Part shown: positions 20,244-30,130 of the stretch, piece by piece
Position numbering within the stretch: position 1 is the stretch's first letter
Layout of the letters: every line of letters starts with the position of its first letter
Source: Candidatus Heimdallarchaeota archaeon
GTDB taxonomy: Archaea; Asgardarchaeota; Heimdallarchaeia; Heimdallarchaeales; Heimdallarchaeaceae
Length of the DNA stretch: 64,000 nt
Assembly: GCA_019057815.1 (NCBI GenBank)
Contig: JAHLWR010000003.1
Coordinates: 32,001 to 96,000 of the forward strand
Direction: 5' to 3'
Program-made: the position numbers and the translations under genes
Notes under the pieces: generated by a model
Told to the model about the DNA's origin: nothing
Databases searched by the model: none
Seen by the model: the letters and a program-made list of their open reading frames with translations, nothing else

Positions 20244-20462
20244 ATGGGTAATATCCGAACGAGCCAAGTAAAACGTCTTTCAAAACAGATAGTAAGAGAC
20301 TTCCATGACCAATTAAATACTGATTTCCAGAATAATAAGATGGTTGTCGAAGAAGTTTGCTCTCCTATGACAAAAAAAGTTCGTAATCAGATTGCAGGAT
20401 ATGTTACTAATATTATGAGACAATTCAAAGATCAAAAGATTCAGGTCTTAGAAGAATTATGA
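20244..20462 (+). CDS. rps17e: 30S ribosomal protein S17e
   Basis: MGNIRTSQVKR...DFQNNK...KKVRNQIAGYVT. Confidence 0.96.
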   Translation: MGNIRTSQVKRLSKQIVRDFHDQLNTDFQNNKMVVEEVCSPMTKKVRNQIAGYVTNIMRQFKDQKIQVLEEL

Positions 20463-20550
20463 GATTTTTATATGTGGGAATGTTTTAACCATAACATTCT
20501 TCTAAATCTTAAACGAAAAACCTTTTTAATTTCTAGTATTAAGCGCTTAT

Positions 20551-21819
20551 ATGGATTTAAAGTCTAGAATTCCAGGTTTTTATGATAAAACTATAGAAGA
20601 AAGACAAATCATTATTAAAGACCTTCTTAACTTATCTGAAGATGATATTAAGACTCTGGAAGGAAAAAAGATTTCTGAAAAAACACTAAACATCATGATA
20701 GAAAATGTTATTGGGCAAATTCCTCTCCCAATAGGAATTGCAACAAATTTCACAGTAAATAAAAAAGATTATCTTATCCCGATGGTTACTGAGGAATCTT
20801 CAGTTATTGCTGCTGCTAGTAATGCAGCAAAAATCGCTCGTACAAAAGGGGGGTTCAGAGCAGAATATTCAGGATCAAATGTAATAGGCCAATTACAGAT
20901 TTTAAGCAATGAAGATTTTACTCTGATAAAAGAGAAGCTGTTAAATCATAAAGATGAACTGTTGGAAATAGCAAATTCAACTAATGAGATTTTGGTTAAA
21001 CTTGGAGGAGGTGCTAAAGATATAGAAGTTCGCTCTGTAAAAGGGAAGTTACAAAATTACCATCTTCTGCATTTGATAGTTGATACTCTAGATGCTATGG
21101 GTGCTAATGCTATTAACACTATGTTAGAGGCTATTAGCCCAAAAGTAAACGAAATTTCTAATGGAAATGTTTTATTAAAAATTATCTCCAATTATGCTAT
21201 TAAACGAAAAGTTAGCGTAGAAGCTGTTTTTGATAAAGAAGGATTGGGAGGAGAAAAAGTTGTAGACAATATCTTATTAGCTTATGATTTAGCTGATAAT
21301 GATATTTACCGAGCTGTAACCCATAACAAAGGGATAATGAATGGTATAACGTCAGTAATGCTTGCTACAGGAAATGATACAAGAGCTATAGAAGCTGGAG
21401 CACACGCATATGCAGTAAGAGATGGTAGTTACCGCTCTTTAACAAGATACGAGAAAACACAAGAAGGAAATCTAAGAGGAGTTTTAGAAATTCCTATGTC
21501 TGTTGGCATTCTTGGAGGGGCTATTAATGTTCATCCATCATATAAACTATCTCTTAAGATTCTAAATGTTTCTACAGCTGAAGAATTAGCTAAAGTAGCT
21601 GGAGCAGTAGGATTGGCTCAAAATGTTGCAGCATTACGAGCTCTTGTCTCAGAGGGTATTCAAGAAGGACATATGTTGTTACACGCGAGAAATGTAGCTG
21701 TGAGCGCTGGAGCTACTGGTGAAGAAATAGAAAAAATAGCTGAAATAATGATAAGTGAAAAAACTATCAATTACGACTCTGCAAAAAAAGCTCTAAATTC
21801 TGAACTAAAAAAAAAATAA
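20551..21819 (+). CDS. mvaA: hydroxymethylglutaryl-CoA reductase, class II
   Basis: ENVIG, EESSVIAA, DAMGAN, HNKGIMNG, GNDTRAIEAGAH, EGIQEGHM. Confidence 0.95.
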   Translation: MDLKSRIPGFYDKTIEERQIIIKDLLNLSEDDIKTLEGKKISEKTLNIMIENVIGQIPLPIGIATNFTVNKKDYLIPMVTEESSVIAAASNAAKIARTKGGFRAEYSGSNVIGQLQILSNEDFTLIKEKLLNHKDELLEIANSTNEILVKLGGGAKDIEVRSVKGKLQNYHLLHLIVDTLDAMGANAINTMLEAISPKVNEISNGNVLLKIISNYAIKRKVSVEAVFDKEGLGGEKVVDNILLAYDLADNDIYRAVTHNKGIMNGITSVMLATGNDTRAIEAGAHAYAVRDGSYRSLTRYEKTQEGNLRGVLEIPMSVGILGGAINVHPSYKLSLKILNVSTAEELAKVAGAVGLAQNVAALRALVSEGIQEGHMLLHARNVAVSAGATGEEIEKIAEIMISEKTINYDSAKKALNSELKKK

Positions 21820-21841
21820 AAAATGAGAAAAAGCGGAATGG

Positions 21842-22948
21842 TCATTCTAGATTATTTTGAATACTCTCGGAATTTTGACCTTGAGTGAGTTTAGGATTTT
21901 TCTTTTCTTTTTCTAAAGCATTAATGTAAGACATAGCCACAATTGGTACAAACAAAACTATTGCACCAACCCATTCTAGTGTTTCTAGTCCGAATCCAAG
22001 GAAATAATAATTAACAAATATTGCCAATAACGGAAATGCTAGTTCAGCTAAACCTGCAATGGAGGCTTTAGTTCTTTTTAAACCAAAATAGTACAAAGAT
22101 AGTGGGAGAACCCCTCCTGTAAATAATGCGAAAAAGAGAATGCAAATAACAACTGGCCATTGCCAGTTCCAAGGTCCAAAAACATTAACTTTAGATCCAA
22201 GCATACTGAAGTACTCTTTATCATAAGTTAAGAGTGCTGCATTAAGGAAAATTAAAAATAAAAATCCTCCAATATATCTGATAAGAGTTAAATCCCAAAA
22301 ATCAACCTTTTTAGTTAATATTCTTCCAAAAACTGTTGATCCTCCCCACAACGTTGCTGCAACTAGTGAGCAAAAAATAGCTATCAACCCTTCATATCTT
22401 TCAGTACCTGAACCTTCAATACTCGTAATTATCGTTGGAGTGGTCATTAAACCAATTCCAACAAGCGCTATAGCTAATGCAAAATAGAAAAATTTGGAAG
22501 GACGTTCCTTTAGAATAAAAAAAGCAAAGATGAGTGTAATTAATGGTTGTGATTTCTGGAGAAGAATAGCTATAGTTGGATTTCCTAAAGAAAACGAAAT
22601 AAGAAAGAAAAATAAACCTAACGCTGATCCTCCAAAAGAAACGAAAATAACAGCAAACCAATCTCTTCTATCGAAACTCTTCATTGATTGCTTTAACTTG
22701 CCAAAACCTCTAGTGAAGCCTAATAGTGGTAATAAAATCAAGATTCCAAAGAGATGTTCTACTAATGCTACAAATGAAGACATTCGTGGAAAAGCCATTG
22801 TTTTTGCTATTCCCTCACTCGCTAAATCAGGTGCCACAAAGAGAACTGGATATCTTGCAGGAGCATCAAAGGCTCGAGCTGCATTAGCTAGAGAAACAAA
22901 GACTGGACCAAAAGGTGAAGTATCTGTAGTCTCTAGTGTATGTGTCAT
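21842..22948 (-). CDS. DMT/EamA family transporter
   Basis: two EamA-like repeats, LQKSQP..LKER, LWGGSTV.GR, GLKRTKAS.A.LAEL.FP. Confidence 0.88.
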   Translation of the reverse strand: MTHTLETTDTSPFGPVFVSLANAARAFDAPARYPVLFVAPDLASEGIAKTMAFPRMSSFVALVEHLFGILILLPLLGFTRGFGKLKQSMKSFDRRDWFAVIFVSFGGSALGLFFFLISFSLGNPTIAILLQKSQPLITLIFAFFILKERPSKFFYFALAIALVGIGLMTTPTIITSIEGSGTERYEGLIAIFCSLVAATLWGGSTVFGRILTKKVDFWDLTLIRYIGGFLFLIFLNAALLTYDKEYFSMLGSKVNVFGPWNWQWPVVICILFFALFTGGVLPLSLYYFGLKRTKASIAGLAELAFPLLAIFVNYYFLGFGLETLEWVGAIVLFVPIVAMSYINALEKEKKNPKLTQGQNSESIQNNLE

Positions 22949-23059
22949 GAGAGCTTTTTCTAAAGAATCTTTATATTTTTATGGGTTATGTTACCAAGTT
23001 TTTGGTAATAAAAATCTCTTTGTGAGATATTTTTTTAATTGTATACAGAATTTTAGATT

Positions 23060-23899
23060 ATGGATGAGGATAAAAAAAAGATAGTAGCTGATAAACCAGT
23101 TTTAGAGAAGGGAAAACAATATCACATAAATGCAAAACCTGGAGACATTCTAGGCACAGTTTTATTACCTGGAGATCCAGAAAGATCAAAAAAAATTGCG
23201 GAAACTTGGGATGAATATAAAGAAGTGGCAAAACACCGTCAATATCATTCTTACACGGGGAAATTTGAGGGTATTCCTATCAGTGTTACTTCTACTGGAG
23301 TTGGAACTCCTGCATGTGAAATAGCTTTAACTGAATTAGCTAATATCGGTTGTAATACATTTATCAGGGTGGGTTCAACTGGAGCTATTCAGCCAGGGAT
23401 TGAATTGGGAGATTTAATAATTAGCACTGGGGCAGTGAAACTGGAAGGTTCTAGCATTCATTATGTTCCTAATAGTTTTCCAGCTATAGCTCACCATGAA
23501 ATAATACTTGCACTCATTGAAGCTTGTGAAATCCATGGGTACAGATATCATGTAGGTTTAACAGCTTCAACTTCTAGTTTCTATCTTGGTCAAGGACGAC
23601 CAGGTTACAGTGATTATAAAACTTCTAGAACTGACAATATACTTCCAGATTTGCAGAAAGCTAGAGTTTTGAATTTTGAGATGGAAGCTTCCCACATATT
23701 CACTTTAGGACAAATTTTCGGTCTTAGAACTGGAGCCATTTGTGCAGTTTATGCTAATAGAGTTACAAACGAGTTTGGAACTGTAGGAGAGAAAAAAGCC
23801 ATTATGGCAGCAAATTATGCTGCTAAGATACTATCTGAAATGGATGAGGATAAAGAGAAAGCCGATAAGGAATTCTGGCATAGGAAAATCGCTCTCTGA
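23060..23899 (+). CDS. udp: uridine phosphorylase
   Basis: QYHI, LPGDPER, STGVG, IRVGSTG, SFYLGQGR, NFEME. Confidence 0.92.
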   Translation: MDEDKKKIVADKPVLEKGKQYHINAKPGDILGTVLLPGDPERSKKIAETWDEYKEVAKHRQYHSYTGKFEGIPISVTSTGVGTPACEIALTELANIGCNTFIRVGSTGAIQPGIELGDLIISTGAVKLEGSSIHYVPNSFPAIAHHEIILALIEACEIHGYRYHVGLTASTSSFYLGQGRPGYSDYKTSRTDNILPDLQKARVLNFEMEASHIFTLGQIFGLRTGAICAVYANRVTNEFGTVGEKKAIMAANYAAKILSEMDEDKEKADKEFWHRKIAL

Positions 23900-23958
23900 T
23901 TTGAGAGGGAGGGAGGCCCATCTTGCTACGAAAATCATGAAGATATGCAAGATGGGCG
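23900..23958 (-). ncRNA. candidate small hairpin RNA (unassigned)
   Basis: perfect 11-bp stem GCCCATCTTGC/GCAAGATGGGC (23916-23926/23947-23957) around 20 nt; BRE-TATA 23 nt upstream on the minus strand; CU-rich tail; 3' end uncertain. Confidence 0.45.
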
Positions 23959-23979
23959 TATTAATTTAAAATTTTAAGG

Positions 23980-23994
23980 TTTATAAATTCTTCG
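23980..23994 (-). promoter_or_regulatory. candidate BRE + TATA box (GAAGAA-TTTATAAA)
   Basis: purine-rich element immediately 5' of TTTATAAA on the minus strand; archaeal TSS spacing lands on the first G of the hairpin; no ORF to serve between convergent genes. Confidence 0.5.
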
Positions 23995-24117
23995 ACAGTT
24001 TTTGATATAAAAGCCTTAAAAGTTCTCTTCACAAATAACAATGTTATCTTTTTGTTTATTGAATGACTTTAATAATTGTCAAATTAAGCCTTTAAACAAA
24101 AGAGGGAAGAGTCAGTT

Positions 24118-24894
24118 TTATTCTTGAATCTTGAATATTCCTGGGAAATAATATACACTTGTTTCGTCATCAAGTACCGCTAAACCCATCTCAGACATCA
24201 TTGTTAATGTGGACTGTGACCTTTCAAAAGGCCAACCTAAATGTGATGACACTTGCTCCGCTTTCAAACCTGGAAGACCTGTCGCAAGTTGTAAAATCTC
24301 TTCCAAGTCATTAGAAAGTTCAATTGGTTTGAATCTTATTAACACTTCATCTTCGCCTAAATCCACTTTTGGAGGTATTAATTTCTCTTTTTCTAATTCT
24401 TTAATTGTTTGTAGAATCTCACCTGTTTTAATCTTCCAATTTGGTCTGGTTCTTTTAAAATATTCAACAAAATTAGCAACTGTAATTGCATAACCCATCG
24501 CTTTTAATTCTTCAGTCCCTATAGTTAAAATCTCTCTAGCAAGTTTTTGTCTGTATTCATCTTTTCCGAAAATTACAGGAGCCTTGATTTTTCCTGCTGT
24601 TCCAATGGTTGAAGACATTTCAGCTTTTTGTCTTATCTCTAATAGCTTTCTAACAAGGTTTTTGGAAGATAGAAGTTCTACTTTCGATTTTTTCTCAATT
24701 TCCTCTATCCCTTTCTGAAGAATATCTTTTTTCTTTTCTTTATCTTTCTTTTGAGTTTCAACAATATCTTGTTCAAAAGAGGAGTAAGCTTGTGATAAAG
24801 CTGAACGTGTTAGTGTTTCTTCGCTTTTGTCTTTTTTTTCCTTTTTCTTTTTGTCTTGAACCATTATAACCATAGAGAAATGCATTGATTTCAT
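24118..24894 (-). CDS. ESCRT-II Vps22/Vps36-like (EAP30) tandem winged-helix protein
   Basis: YRQKLAREIL and LSNDLEEILQLA...VSSHLGWPFERSQSTL..M...GLAVLDD...YYFPGIF match the Vps22/Snf8 C-terminal WH pattern (L.W..ERA..L..L...GLAWLD...YW.P.LF). Confidence 0.85.
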   Translation of the reverse strand: MKSMHFSMVIMVQDKKKKEKKDKSEETLTRSALSQAYSSFEQDIVETQKKDKEKKKDILQKGIEEIEKKSKVELLSSKNLVRKLLEIRQKAEMSSTIGTAGKIKAPVIFGKDEYRQKLAREILTIGTEELKAMGYAITVANFVEYFKRTRPNWKIKTGEILQTIKELEKEKLIPPKVDLGEDEVLIRFKPIELSNDLEEILQLATGLPGLKAEQVSSHLGWPFERSQSTLTMMSEMGLAVLDDETSVYYFPGIFKIQE

Positions 24895-25067
24895 ATAAAA
24901 GAGTATTCAAATGATTTAGACTTAATGTTAATCTTGTTTACTCAAATTCAAAGTTATAAGTTGTGAAACAAAAATATCTTAAAGACTAAAAATAAAAAAA
25001 ATAAAAATAAGAAGTAGAATGACAAATTAAGTATTGTATTTTATTTTATTAGGAAAGTGTATAAAAA

Positions 25068-26426
25068 TTGAACAATTTACATATTACAGCATACGGGGCA
25101 ACAGATTTTGTAGGACGAAGTTCCTTTGTTATAGGTGATAAAGACCACAATGTAATGTTAGACTGTGGGATTCAACTGATTCCCAATCAACTCTCTGAAG
25201 CTCCAAAAGGTTTGGAAGAAATAGCTCAAAATTTAGATGCTGTTATTCTTAGTCATGCTCATATAGATCATACTGGGTATGCGCCAAAAATGGTTGATTT
25301 TGGTTTTGAGGGTAATTATTTAATGACTCAACCAACCAAGGATATAGTTTACAGATTATGGATAGATCATCTCAAAATCGAAGGAGAAAGACACTGGAGA
25401 GAAGATGATCTGCATCAAACTTATACGAAAATAAAAACTTTTGAATATAAAAAGAAAATTAAGATAGCTGATGGAATTACAGCAGAGTTCCTGAATGCAG
25501 GTCATGTTTTGGGAGCCACGCAAGTTTTACTAGATTGGGAGGGGACCCTTATTCTATATACTGGAGATATAAACGATAGAGTAACTCCAATGTTTGATGG
25601 ATATGATCTACCTGAAGAAGATATTGACATATTAATAATAGAATCAACTAATGGTGACAGATATGTTCCAGAGAGATACAAAATCGATGTCGGTTTTAGA
25701 ATGATAGCAAAACAAACAGTCGAAGAAGGACATAAACTGCTTTTACCATCATTCGCAGTGGGTAGATCTCAAGAAACACTTATCACCCTTGCTCTTGATC
25801 CAGACTTAGATAATGTTCCTGTATATATTGATGGAATGATTAACGCTATGAACATGATCACAGAGGCTTATTTATCGGAAAAGTGGGTTTCAAAACGCTT
25901 TCTAGATAATTTAAAAGAACGAGGGTTAGTTTCACCCTTTAAGAAAGAAAATTTCATTCCTGTTTCTTCAATATCAGATAGGAGAAATAGAGCAAGAAAG
26001 TACATTGCCACTAGCAAAGAAGGGTTAATAATAGTTACAACTAGTGGAATGGTGATGGGTGGTCCTATTCACTCATATCTAGACTATTGTGGATGGAAAA
26101 AAGAGAACATCATAGGATTTACAGGTTATCAAGTAAAAGGAACAACAGGAAGAGAAATTGTTGATGGTGAAAAGAAAATCAAAATCTTTAGCGATCGTTA
26201 TCATCCGAAAACAATCGATTTAAAAGCACAAATCATGAAATTCCCTTATTCTGGACATAGCTCTGTTGATGGATTAAAACGATATATGCAAGAATCTAAA
26301 GCAGAGAATATTTTCTTAGTGCATGGAGAAAAACAAAATCAAGACTATATAATTAATTTCGTTAAAGATATTGCATCACCAAAAACACTAAATGAACATG
26401 AAAAAACACCTCTAATGGATAACTGA
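25068..26426 (+). CDS. beta-CASP metallo-beta-lactamase ribonuclease (aCPSF-like, no KH domains)
   Basis: SHAHIDH, AGHVLG, YTGD, ESTNG, GRSQE, SGH, VHGE. Confidence 0.92.
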   Translation: MNNLHITAYGATDFVGRSSFVIGDKDHNVMLDCGIQLIPNQLSEAPKGLEEIAQNLDAVILSHAHIDHTGYAPKMVDFGFEGNYLMTQPTKDIVYRLWIDHLKIEGERHWREDDLHQTYTKIKTFEYKKKIKIADGITAEFLNAGHVLGATQVLLDWEGTLILYTGDINDRVTPMFDGYDLPEEDIDILIIESTNGDRYVPERYKIDVGFRMIAKQTVEEGHKLLLPSFAVGRSQETLITLALDPDLDNVPVYIDGMINAMNMITEAYLSEKWVSKRFLDNLKERGLVSPFKKENFIPVSSISDRRNRARKYIATSKEGLIIVTTSGMVMGGPIHSYLDYCGWKKENIIGFTGYQVKGTTGREIVDGEKKIKIFSDRYHPKTIDLKAQIMKFPYSGHSSVDGLKRYMQESKAENIFLVHGEKQNQDYIINFVKDIASPKTLNEHEKTPLMDN

Positions 26427-26427
26427 A

Positions 26428-27081
26428 ATGAAGCTCTTAAAACCTCCATACTTACAAATAGCACTAGATTTGGTCTCATATGATAGTTTCATAGAAATTA
26501 TCAATAATATTCCATTTTCAGAAAAGATTCTTATAGAAGCAGGAACTCCTCTAATCAAAAAATTTGGAGCAAAAATTATCAAAGAAATAAAAAAGCCCCA
26601 TAACAAATGCTATGTAATTGCCGACATGAAAACTTTAGATGTTGGTTGGTTGGAGGTTCAAATTGGAGCAGAAGCAGGGGCGAATGCAATAGCCATTAGT
26701 GGGTTAGCTCCAATTGAAACGATTACAAGTTCCCTCCAAGAAGCAGAAAAAAGAGACGTTGATATAGTTTTAGACCTAATGAATGTATCTGAACCTTTGA
26801 CATTGTTAAAATCGTTAGAGGAAATCCCACAAATCATACTGTTCCATAGAGGAATAGATCAAGAAGGGAATAAAGAACATCCTTGGGAGTTAATAACAGA
26901 AGTGAAGAAATCATATCCTGAAGCATTGATAGCAATTGCTGGAGGGTTATCGTTAGAAACAAGTAAAAAAGCTCTAAATAAAGGTGCAGACATAATTGTA
27001 ATTGGTAGAGCAATTACTCAAAAGAAAGATATTTCAAATGAGGTTACTAAGTTTCTAGAAATACTAGATAAAAGAAATTGA
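26428..27081 (+). CDS. 3-hexulose-6-phosphate synthase (OMPDC-fold)
   Basis: LQIALD, IEAGTPLIK, ADMKTLDVG, HRGID, AGG, GRAIT. Confidence 0.88.
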   Translation: MKLLKPPYLQIALDLVSYDSFIEIINNIPFSEKILIEAGTPLIKKFGAKIIKEIKKPHNKCYVIADMKTLDVGWLEVQIGAEAGANAIAISGLAPIETITSSLQEAEKRDVDIVLDLMNVSEPLTLLKSLEEIPQIILFHRGIDQEGNKEHPWELITEVKKSYPEALIAIAGGLSLETSKKALNKGADIIVIGRAITQKKDISNEVTKFLEILDKRN

Positions 27082-27093
27082 TATGATTCCTGC

Positions 27094-27984
27094 CTAATAT
27101 TCATGTACCGTACCCTTGAGCTGAATTCTTCTGTAAATCTTTTTATGGGTCCAATTGAATAAAAAGTACAAAAAAACAGCTGAAACTATTAAAATAATTA
27201 TTGAAATCCAGACTATTGAATCAGTAATATTTCCTCCTCCAAAGAGGCAGAATCTAATAGCTCTCACAGCATGGGTAAATGGAGAAGTATACGCTACAAT
27301 CTTGAGCCATTGAGGGAACAAGTAAAGAGGAAATATACTTCCACTCAACAACTGCAAAATACCTATAATCACCATTGCAACCTCTTTACCTCTCTTAATT
27401 AATATTGTAAAGTTTGCAGCTAGAAGAGAAAGAGAAAAAAATAGTAATAGTAGAGCAAAAACTAGCAATAGAAGTGTAAGAATTGAGAAGATATTAATTG
27501 TAACATCGTAAAACACATTGAAAATGAAAAATATGGGTATGTTATATACAATAAATAAAACTATAGCGTAAACCATTTCAAAGAATATTTCAGACAAGCA
27601 ATATTTTTTCAGACCAAAAGGTAACGTTGTTAAAGTTTCAAATGTTCCTTGTTTTTGTTCGCTTACAAAACTATTCAGTGATTTCATCAAAATTTTTGTT
27701 GTTAAATCCATAACAAGTGCTCCTGCTATAATGAACGAGAAGCTAGATACTATATACCCATCTGCAGCTATTTCTTCTCCTGGGACAAGTTTTGCAATAA
27801 AAACAGCTAATGAAATATAGATAAAAGTGTTAAAGAATCCAATCAGGAGTATGATTTTGTATTGCATAATTATTTTAATATTTCTTTTAAATGTAGCACC
27901 AACCCCTTTTAGGAAGTTAAGATTGGTTGTTTCTCTATTTACAAAAGATTGAGTGACATCATCCAAACCCGGATTGTTTACCAT
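27094..27984 (-). CDS. ABC-2 type permease
   Basis: E..QGTFE, LSGSIFP...P.WL...PFT; ATG at 27984 overlaps the upstream stop. Confidence 0.88.
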   Translation of the reverse strand: MVNNPGLDDVTQSFVNRETTNLNFLKGVGATFKRNIKIIMQYKIILLIGFFNTFIYISLAVFIAKLVPGEEIAADGYIVSSFSFIIAGALVMDLTTKILMKSLNSFVSEQKQGTFETLTTLPFGLKKYCLSEIFFEMVYAIVLFIVYNIPIFFIFNVFYDVTINIFSILTLLLLVFALLLLFFSLSLLAANFTILIKRGKEVAMVIIGILQLLSGSIFPLYLFPQWLKIVAYTSPFTHAVRAIRFCLFGGGNITDSIVWISIIILIVSAVFLYFLFNWTHKKIYRRIQLKGTVHEY

Positions 27985-28856
27985 TAATACCACCCTACAC
28001 TCCCTGTTATTTTGGAACGTTTAATACTCTTTGAGACTAAGAAACAGCTTAAACCACCGATGATAATTATGAAACCTAAAAGTATTAGAAAATTGTACAA
28101 AATGAGGTTGAAATTAGCGTCAGAAGCATATAATATCTCATGAATTGATTGTAAACCGTATGTTAAAGGTAGAGTCCTTGATAAAATACCTGTAAAACCT
28201 GTTAACAAGACTATAGGAAAAACTATCCCAGAAAATGTCTTACTCAATCTATAAATCAGAGCAACTAAACCGCTATTTTTCTTGTACCAAATACAGTATG
28301 CACTAAATAACATAGATATAACAATATGTGATAACAGAATAAGAATTAACAATAGAATAATCAAGATTAGTTCTCTAAAAACGAAATGGAATTCTAATCC
28401 TAAAAATAGGGTTCCGATGGATAAAGCTACAAAAATAGAAATTGAAGAAAGAGCGACACCTGCAAGAGAGGTGCCTAATGCGTACTCAACAATATTAAAA
28501 TGAATAAGAATAGATGGCCATGTTCCAGATAAAATTTCGTTGTAAATATTTCCATTAACAGTACTTAGACTAGTTCCTACGACCATTTGAAGAGCTAAAC
28601 CTACAAAAGCAAATTCAAAATATGTAGCGGACATTCCAAAAATTGTCATATCAGGATTCAACCGACTGAAAAAGAAGTACATCAATATAGTCACAAGATT
28701 CAAAGCTATAACCATAAATAAGCTACTTTTGTAACTTAGTGCACTTTTGATTTTCATTGAAAATATCACCGCAATTCTAGTAAAAGAATTACTGTGTGAG
28801 GTCCTATTTTGAAAGGATTCAAAGATTTTTGAAGTCGAATTAGTTATTATAGTCAT
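27984..28856 (-). CDS. ABC-2 type permease
   Basis: EILSGTW, FSGIVFP, LPLTYG; ATG 28856 with GGAG SD preferred. Confidence 0.85.
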   Translation of the reverse strand: MTIITNSTSKIFESFQNRTSHSNSFTRIAVIFSMKIKSALSYKSSLFMVIALNLVTILMYFFFSRLNPDMTIFGMSATYFEFAFVGLALQMVVGTSLSTVNGNIYNEILSGTWPSILIHFNIVEYALGTSLAGVALSSISIFVALSIGTLFLGLEFHFVFRELILIILLLILILLSHIVISMLFSAYCIWYKKNSGLVALIYRLSKTFSGIVFPIVLLTGFTGILSRTLPLTYGLQSIHEILYASDANFNLILYNFLILLGFIIIIGGLSCFLVSKSIKRSKITGSVGWY

Positions 28857-29880
28857 CTCCAAGATATGGTGTAGGAAAGACTTCTTCGACCTGTTTTCGT
28901 TCATTTTCCATAGATAGAAAAGCAAGAAAAGATTCCTTCAAACTAGGAGAATGAGGAGCTATAGAATAGATCTGTCCCTTCATTTGTACTATTAAAATCG
29001 TTAATCTGGCTATTGATTCATTTAGTGAGAACTCTTTTGGCTCAATTCTAGCTTCAAAAGCTCCACGTAAATTATCTCTTTTTTCTATTAAAGATAATTC
29101 CGCCCCAACTGACTCTCTAATAGCATACTTGAAACTGGGCAAATGAAAATCTGACACAGAGAAACTAACAAAAATATGTTTTTTAGCAGTAATTTGTTTA
29201 AATCTTTCAGGAGAACAATCTTTAACTAAACATCCTTTATCGATTAGTAACAACCGATTCGCTAGCTCTTCATGTTCCGTGAAATTGTGACTTGTTAACA
29301 ATATAGTAGTCCCAAATTCATTATTAAGTTCTATTAACAGCTCGTGGGCTTTTACAGAACTTACAGCATCCAACCCAGAAGAAAACTCATCTAGTAAGAG
29401 TATTTTTGGATTAGGTAGTAATGATCTTATCAAAGCTACTTTAGTCTTCATTCCTGCTGAAAGTTTCATGACAAGAGTATCTTTTTTAGAATATAAGTCA
29501 AAATATTTTAGTAATGAAGTAATCCTAGCTTTAGTTTCTTTTTTTGAAACACCTGCTAAAGTAGCATAAAATTTTAGATTGTCATTAACAGATAAGCGAT
29601 AATACAGACTTCTCCCGCTGCTCTCTCCAAAAACAGTTCCTATGATTTTCCTTATTTTTCGATCATTTTTAAGTGGAATATTATCTAAATAGACTTCTCC
29701 AGATGTTGGTAATAAAATTGTAGAAAGTATTTTAGTTAAAGTGGTTTTTCCTGCTCCATTAGGACCTAATATACCTACAAGTTCTCCCTTATCGATATCT
29801 AAAGTTATGTCATTTAAAGCTGTAATTCCTTGTCCTCTTTTATTAAAGATTTTAGTTACATTACGTAGCTCTATTGACAC
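28840..29880 (-). CDS. ABC transporter ATP-binding subunit
   Basis: GPNGAGKT, LSAGM, LLLDE, TSH. Confidence 0.93.
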   Translation of the reverse strand: MSIELRNVTKIFNKRGQGITALNDITLDIDKGELVGILGPNGAGKTTLTKILSTILLPTSGEVYLDNIPLKNDRKIRKIIGTVFGESSGRSLYYRLSVNDNLKFYATLAGVSKKETKARITSLLKYFDLYSKKDTLVMKLSAGMKTKVALIRSLLPNPKILLLDEFSSGLDAVSSVKAHELLIELNNEFGTTILLTSHNFTEHEELANRLLLIDKGCLVKDCSPERFKQITAKKHIFVSFSVSDFHLPSFKYAIRESVGAELSLIEKRDNLRGAFEARIEPKEFSLNESIARLTILIVQMKGQIYSIAPHSPSLKESFLAFLSMENERKQVEEVFPTPYLGDDYNN

Positions 29881-29920
29881 ACTAAAATTAATTCTAAGAT
29901 TCTATATAAACTCCGCAAAA
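29868..29920. repeat. degenerate direct repeat, copy 1 (ABC ATPase start and upstream region)
   Basis: gctctattgacacact...ttctaagattctat...taaac...gcaaaa; recurs at 32004-32054. Confidence 0.8.
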
Positions 29921-30130
29921 GGAACAAGTAAGTTCGCAACGATGTTAATCAAAGATAGGTTCAGTAGAGTAACATTCAAGACAATGGAAAGTAGCAAAAG
30001 GATACTTGTTGACGAATTGAACACTTTCAGACTAATTTAACACTATCTTCAAACAATAATGATTAAAATGAAATATAAAGGATGTAAAAAAGGTTGCAGT
30101 TAGATTGCTGAAAAAGAGAAAAAAAAGCCT

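Noticed and set aside
22494-23084. 196-aa plus-strand ORF and the many other short opposite-strand ORFs in the track (e.g. 58317-58826, 9431-9820)
   Set aside because: Antisense shadows of well-supported genes with no recognisable motifs
23897-23960. Hairpin as a SECIS element recoding the udp TGA stop
   Set aside because: udp appears complete at the TGA, the read-through peptide is uninformative, and the hairpin lacks a convincing SECIS core
29942-30040. Short plus-strand frame MLIKDRFSRVTFKTMESSKRILVDELNTFRLI
   Set aside because: Possibly a gene remnant at the insertion edge, but too short and motif-free to support
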